A DNA stretch of 57,268 bases, the filler included, from Dugesia japonica (taxonomy: Eukaryota): assembly GCA_001938525.1 (NCBI GenBank). It is 6 parts of 6 records of this genome, joined end to end, with 100 filler letters (N's around TTAATTAATTAA, not from the genome) between each part and the next. Parts side by side here need not be neighbours in the genome. Positions count along the whole stretch, not along the records: positions 47,985 to 57,268 come from MQRL01565500.1; 5 more parts are not named here. One strand, given 5' to 3'. The notes under the pieces were generated by a model that saw only the letters and a list, made by a program, of their open reading frames with translations, did not search any database and was not told where the DNA came from. Position 1 is the first letter of the stretch, and the number at the start of each line of letters is the position of its first letter. Made by a program: the position numbers and the translations under genes. Positions 52,197 through 57,268 of this stretch are shown piece after piece.

Positions 52197-53832
52197 AGTA
52201 GTCAATAGTTAGCACATTTCGTATATCTATTAATGACCTGAAAATAATCCATGACTTTAATAATTTTCTGACCTATAAATAAAATACCATGACCATATTA
52301 TACTATTTCGGTACTTATTTCAGTGATTCGTCCAGCAATTTCATATGATAATTCCATGATGGGGAGATTAAGTAGATCTAACTGTTGTTGAGAGTTAAGG
52401 AATAGATTGTGGTATCGTCCGGTTTGATAAAATAATCTGGGTGCTAGGGTATCACGTTGGTGGATGATATTGAATTGATCGAGGAAAAGCCAAATATTTC
52501 AATGAGATAAACAGAATTTTAATACAATTAAAAGAAAAAAAGAATATTAAACTATATTTAATCACAACAATCTTAATTTAAATTAAAAAATTTCAACGGT
52601 TAATAAAATATTTTCGTGAAATATTTCCATTTAAAATGCTTTTTTTACATACAAAATTGATTGTTAATTTTAGTTAATTATCTGATTTAAGAATTTAAAA
52701 GCTAAATTTCGTAAGAATAACAAATGTCTTATAAATAAAAAACGAAAATATTTTTACAATCGTTTTACAATTATCAATTCGTATAGTTAAATAAATACAA
52801 ACCATTTCTTTTGTTTTAACAGTTAATTGTTTGTAATAAGAAACCGTGAAATCAAATCTCAAATTGATAAGCTTGTTTTTTATCGTGATATTTTGTGATT
52901 AATAAAAAATTAATAATTTTTAGATTTTCTTCATCAAAATTCTTATTAATTAATTCAAAAAAATTAATTATATGAATAGCTCAGTAGTGTTTGTTTATTT
53001 CTATGTTTGTATGTGATCCTCAATATTATTCAAAAATTTTCAAACAAATTTTAAAATTGTAATTTTTTTTATTATACCTTTGAAAATTTTCAATTAATAT
53101 GTTCAAAACATCAGTGATATATATTTGTTTCTTTGTTTCTTTGTTTATGCATTATGCTCAATATTATTCAAAAAAATAGTGATTTTTTATTTTTAATGAA
53201 AACTATTTTAAAAAAGAACAAGAAATATTTATAAAAATTTCATGCTCTTAATTTCCACTTCGATCACTCTGTAAGTCATATCGATCTGTGAGAGCAGTTT
53301 AAAGATGACTTTACTTTTCGGCTTTTCGATTTTTCTCGATCAATGTCAGATGAAATAGCTTCAAATCATACATTGCACGCTATCAAAAGTACAATTTTAC
53401 AATCTTACGATCAAGGCCAGTTGCTGAAAGACAACTGAAAATTCACTCGCAATGTAGTCTATAACGAAGTCTTCCGTATGTAACTTCAAAGATACGACTT
53501 CAATAAAATGATCAAAATGAAAGCAGGTAGGAAACATCTGATGTCTAAAAATATCAACAAATGACGGTGAACATGATCAAGCAACTTCCTGAAGAAATTG
53601 ATGTGCCAAATAAGGCGAGTAGTTAGTAGTACCATCAAAGCTGATACAAAGTTCGTTTGACAACAGAAACAGAGCAAATGGAAGGCACTAATATCAAGAA
53701 AATAAGGAGCGGGGCGACTTGCCCCTCATAAAATACCTAGTTTATCATTAATAATGTTAATGTTTTGATAAATATGTGATTTAGATATTTTAAACTGGAT
53801 TTGTTTTCTTCCATATAATAAAAAGTAATAAA

Positions 53833-54371
53833 AATATTAAATTGGCAACTAAATCAGTGCGCATTTTTAATGAATGTTTTATTTAAATGTTTGTTCTAAA
53901 ATGATATATCAGAAAATTTCTGTGGTTCGATGTATAAAAATATCATGCAAATAAAAGTTGAAATCAGCGGTTTGGTTTAATAATACTGGTTTTTGACTAA
54001 GTTAAACGAAAGATTGTGTAAGCCACATAAATCTTCGATCATTCAACAAAAGTTATTTCAGCTTGATTAGGATAATTTTGCCTCATTCGCCCTATAGTTT
54101 TGACCTTGCCCCGGTCGTCAAAAAATTTCATGGATGACAAAATTTTCATTTTTGATGATTATTTCAAATTCTATTAGGTTTAGAGTTTTGCCCAAAAATA
54201 CCAACAGTGGAATTTTGAACGTGATATATTATGATGTTGCCTGGGGGATGCCAACAGGTCATTGATAATAATGAATATTTTACTGTTTAATAAATAAATT
54301 TTTGAGCTTCAAAAAGTTGTTTTTCTATTTTATTATTAAAAATTCACACTAACTTAGTTGACAATCTAATA
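53833..54371 (+). mobile_element. Internally deleted mariner
   Basis: TIRs tattaaattggcaactaa / ttagttgacaatctaata. HSPYSFDLAP motif. Confidence 0.75.
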
Positions 54372-55068
54372 ATTAGAAGTATCAATTTATAGTATTGGTT
54401 AAAGTTAGAAAGTTATTTTTAAAATTAATTTATATTAATATAAGAGATAGATTTTCTTTTCGATAAAGAGCTTCAAAGAAAAATTTTCAAGTATACCACT
54501 TAATTTTATCTACTCTTCTTTATTAATAAGAATTTGTTGTAAATAAATTTTACGAAAGGAAAAAAACAAACAACTAAAATTTGATTTTCTGTATTTAATT
54601 GATGGTTGACATAAATGATAGGAATCGTCTGAGTAAATCAGAGAAATATATAAAACAGAAAATTTATCTGGATATATGTAGTAAATTATCACTAATGAAT
54701 AAAGCTAGATAGTCTATATCGAAGGATTTTTCTATCATTTTTCTCGTTCTAAACATCAAAACTAATTTATTATATTATTTTTCTTGAAAGAAATTTCTTT
54801 CCAATGATTAATAATACCAGATTTAATTTTATTTAATAAANNNNNNNNNNNNNNNNNNNNNNNNNNNNNNNNNNNNNNNNNNNNNNNNNNNNNNNNNNNN
54901 NNNNNNNNNNNNNNNNNNNNNNNNNNNNNNNNNNNNNNNNNNNNNNNNNNNNNNNNNNNNNNNNNNNNNNNNNNNNNNNNNNNNNNNNNNNNNNNNNNNN
55001 NNNNNNNNNNNNNNNNNNNNNNNNNNNNNNNNNNNNNNNNNNNNNNNNNNNNNNNNNNNNNNNNNNNN

Positions 55069-55360
55069 AAATTTAGGTTTTATTTATTGATATTGGATAA
55101 CAATTCGATATTTCGATCTTGTCTTCGTCAGGAATTGACTTTGTAAATTAAATTGACTTTAATTTAAATTGACTTTAAATTTAAATTGACTTTTTAAAAA
55201 AGTCAATTCCTGACGAAGACAAGGTCAAAATATTGAATTGTTATCCAATATCAATAAATAAAACCTAAATTTTGATCAAAGCTTTTATATTAAATGAATT
55301 CTAAAAAACGATCAATGGTTATGTCCAACAATTATTCTCGCAATAATTGCAATTGTAAAA
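55069..55360. repeat. Family-A head-to-head fold-back with two hammerhead cores (55101-55137 minus; 55204-55240 plus, G12->A)
   Basis: 55069-55142 is the reverse complement of about 55199-55272. The spacer consists of repeats of aattgacttt. The plus copy continues to the gcaattgtaa terminus. Confidence 0.85.
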
Positions 55361-56291
55361 GTCCATAACTCTAATTAAAAGGTTTGAGTGTAGTTCATGT
55401 CATTCTTAGTTTGAGTTCATTTAGAATTCGTGATTCTTACTATTGTCTGTTGTGGTTTCTATGCTGCTTGTTTTATTCTGAAAATTTTCTTCGAAAGGAA
55501 GGTATTAAGACACTGTTTGTCAGTGAGGAAACATTATTTTATAGATAATGCCTGTTATTCATTTTACTAGTAGTAGTACTGTTACTCAAAATACATATCT
55601 ATCAACAATTATTTATAAAAGTTCTATCATTTAAGTTTTAATTAAATTAATTATTGTATGTATCATCTAAAACATTTATTAGAGAGTTTTATAAAATTAG
55701 TTGCAAAAGTGGATTACAATCCTCTCTATAAAAGATATCTATTACACAAAAAAGATTTAATATTATTTAAGTCATGTCTTAAATATTATAAATACAAATA
55801 ACCTACGTTAATTTTGGTGCAAGGTCCATCGTCATACAATTTTACACCTTTCATTTGAGAAACATCTAAACAATGTTAATACAAGCAACATAACTGTTAT
55901 TTCAAATTCGCATTGAGATCCATCAGAAAGTTTCATTAATCTATTGGTATCTATATTCTTTCTTCGTTAACATATCTTCTTCATCACTGCAAGACACTGA
56001 AATCCTTTTAAAAAATTTTGTTTATCTCTAAATAATTTCTATAGTTTTCGAACTGAAAGTTTGTGAAAATTAAAAACTGAAACATAAAATTGTAAGTGTA
56101 TATATAGTACTTTTTAAATCTACTCAAATTTTCACTCCGAAATTTAAACTATTTAAAACCACGCTCTCTATACTAAATTCATATAGATTATAGCATTAGA
56201 AAATAAGTAATAAACTAAAATATAAGTGTATTTTTAAAATTCATTTAAAACCTAAAAACTATTTTTATAACCGTTTGATCTGTCAATAAAT

Positions 56292-56686
56292 GAATTCGCT
56301 TTTAACAACAAAATTTTTTTTTTTTCCAAAAATATTTTAACAAACAAAGATCAAAGTTGCTGGTCTTTTATTTTTCTTATAACAATAAAATTTAGGTTTT
56401 AAAAAAATTATACAAAAATAGATTTATCATAAGTGCTTTTCAGCAAATAACCGAGAAAATGTTCGTTTAATTTTATATTACAATTAAAATCCAATAAAAA
56501 TTAATTTTACTCAGACTTATTTACAATCTTTTTTTTATGTCAAAGTTTGTAATAATAATATACTGAACATCAGTTCCTGATGAAGGCTATGCCGAAATAT
56601 TGGAAATAAAAAAACAGCAACTTTGATCTTTGCTTGTTAAAATATTTTTTGAAATAAAACATGTTTTGTTGTTAAAATCGAATTTA
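56292..56686. repeat. Family-C inverted repeat (about 56292-56370 / 56607-56686) with hammerhead core at 56574-56604
   Basis: ttc-CTGATGA-a-ggc-tat-gcc-GAA-atat-T-gga immediately precedes the right arm. The arms share aacaaagatcaaagttgctg / cagcaactttgatctttg. Confidence 0.65.
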
Positions 56687-56849
56687 TAAAATAAAATTCT
56701 CTAAATTAATGAGTATTAAATTAAGTATAAAAACAGAAAACTTAAACATAAAATTTATTTAAACTACCAATAGTTATTTTTTTTAATTGAATTTTATTCT
56801 TACTTTAATAGGATTCAATATATTGGAAATGAGCATTATTTAAGGGATT

Positions 56850-57030
56850 CAAAAAATTAAATCTGTAGTTTGTTCAAACTCATGGAGACATAAAGAGCTG
56901 CACACTTTTCATTCTTCAATTTGAATTGTTGTGATAGGCAACAAAATATCTTTAATAGTTGGCACTGAGGTTCTGAATTCTTTATCTTCTTCTAAAGAAT
57001 CACAAAATACGATTCTAAGCGTTTCTTCTT
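56850..57030 (-). mobile_element. Possible Merlin transposase remnant
   Basis: VPTIKDILLPITTI..EE*KVCSSL..HEFEQTT resembles the I...ILPGTTI.SD.W..Y..L motif. Confidence 0.35.
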
Positions 57031-57268
57031 TGGTTTTAATTTAAAAAATAATGCAGTTAATGAATTAATAAAATACTTATTATTTAAAATCTTTTTAAAT
57101 TATGGCTGTTATTGATTAAGAATTTTGTGTGGGATTTAGCAAAAATAAATTTAATGGATTAATCGATTAAATTCAATTAAACAAAAATTATATATTTATA
57201 AATATATATATTTATGAAGCGTTCATAATATCTTTAAAAAAACTCTTTATTTTTCAGAATAAAAATAT

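Overview
Very AT-rich eukaryotic DNA with 45-56 nt GT-AG introns and animal genes; a planarian/flatworm-like invertebrate is my inference only. The window is not one locus. Five identical N44-TTAATTAATTAA-N44 linkers join six apparently unlinked scaffolds (1-8872, 8973-17393, 17494-26615, 26716-38364, 38465-47884, 47985-57268). Host exons include a tandem ubiquitin-like (UBL) segment, a divergent (pseudo)kinase, the calcineurin A C-terminus, a nicotinic acetylcholine receptor M4 region and cGMP-dependent protein kinase. The rest is mostly decayed mobile DNA: Tc1/mariner, pogo/Tigger, hAT, Merlin, piggyBac, two Gypsy families, an Ulp1-protease non-LTR element and Penelope-like elements (PLE). 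Two signals stand out. (1) At least 8 minimal type-I hammerhead ribozyme cores, in three repeat families, occur on five of the six scaffolds. They have a self-complementary 4-6 nt helix III (mostly ATAT/ATATAT), sit in fold-back repeats and are tied to PLE remnants and to locally generated AT minisatellites. (2) An endogenous Polinton/Maverick (adintovirus-like) virion module (penton, small Gly-rich protein, hexon) is present, and a separate scaffold carries an intact Maverick-type 2-TM ORF next to an unexplained GC-richer coding island.
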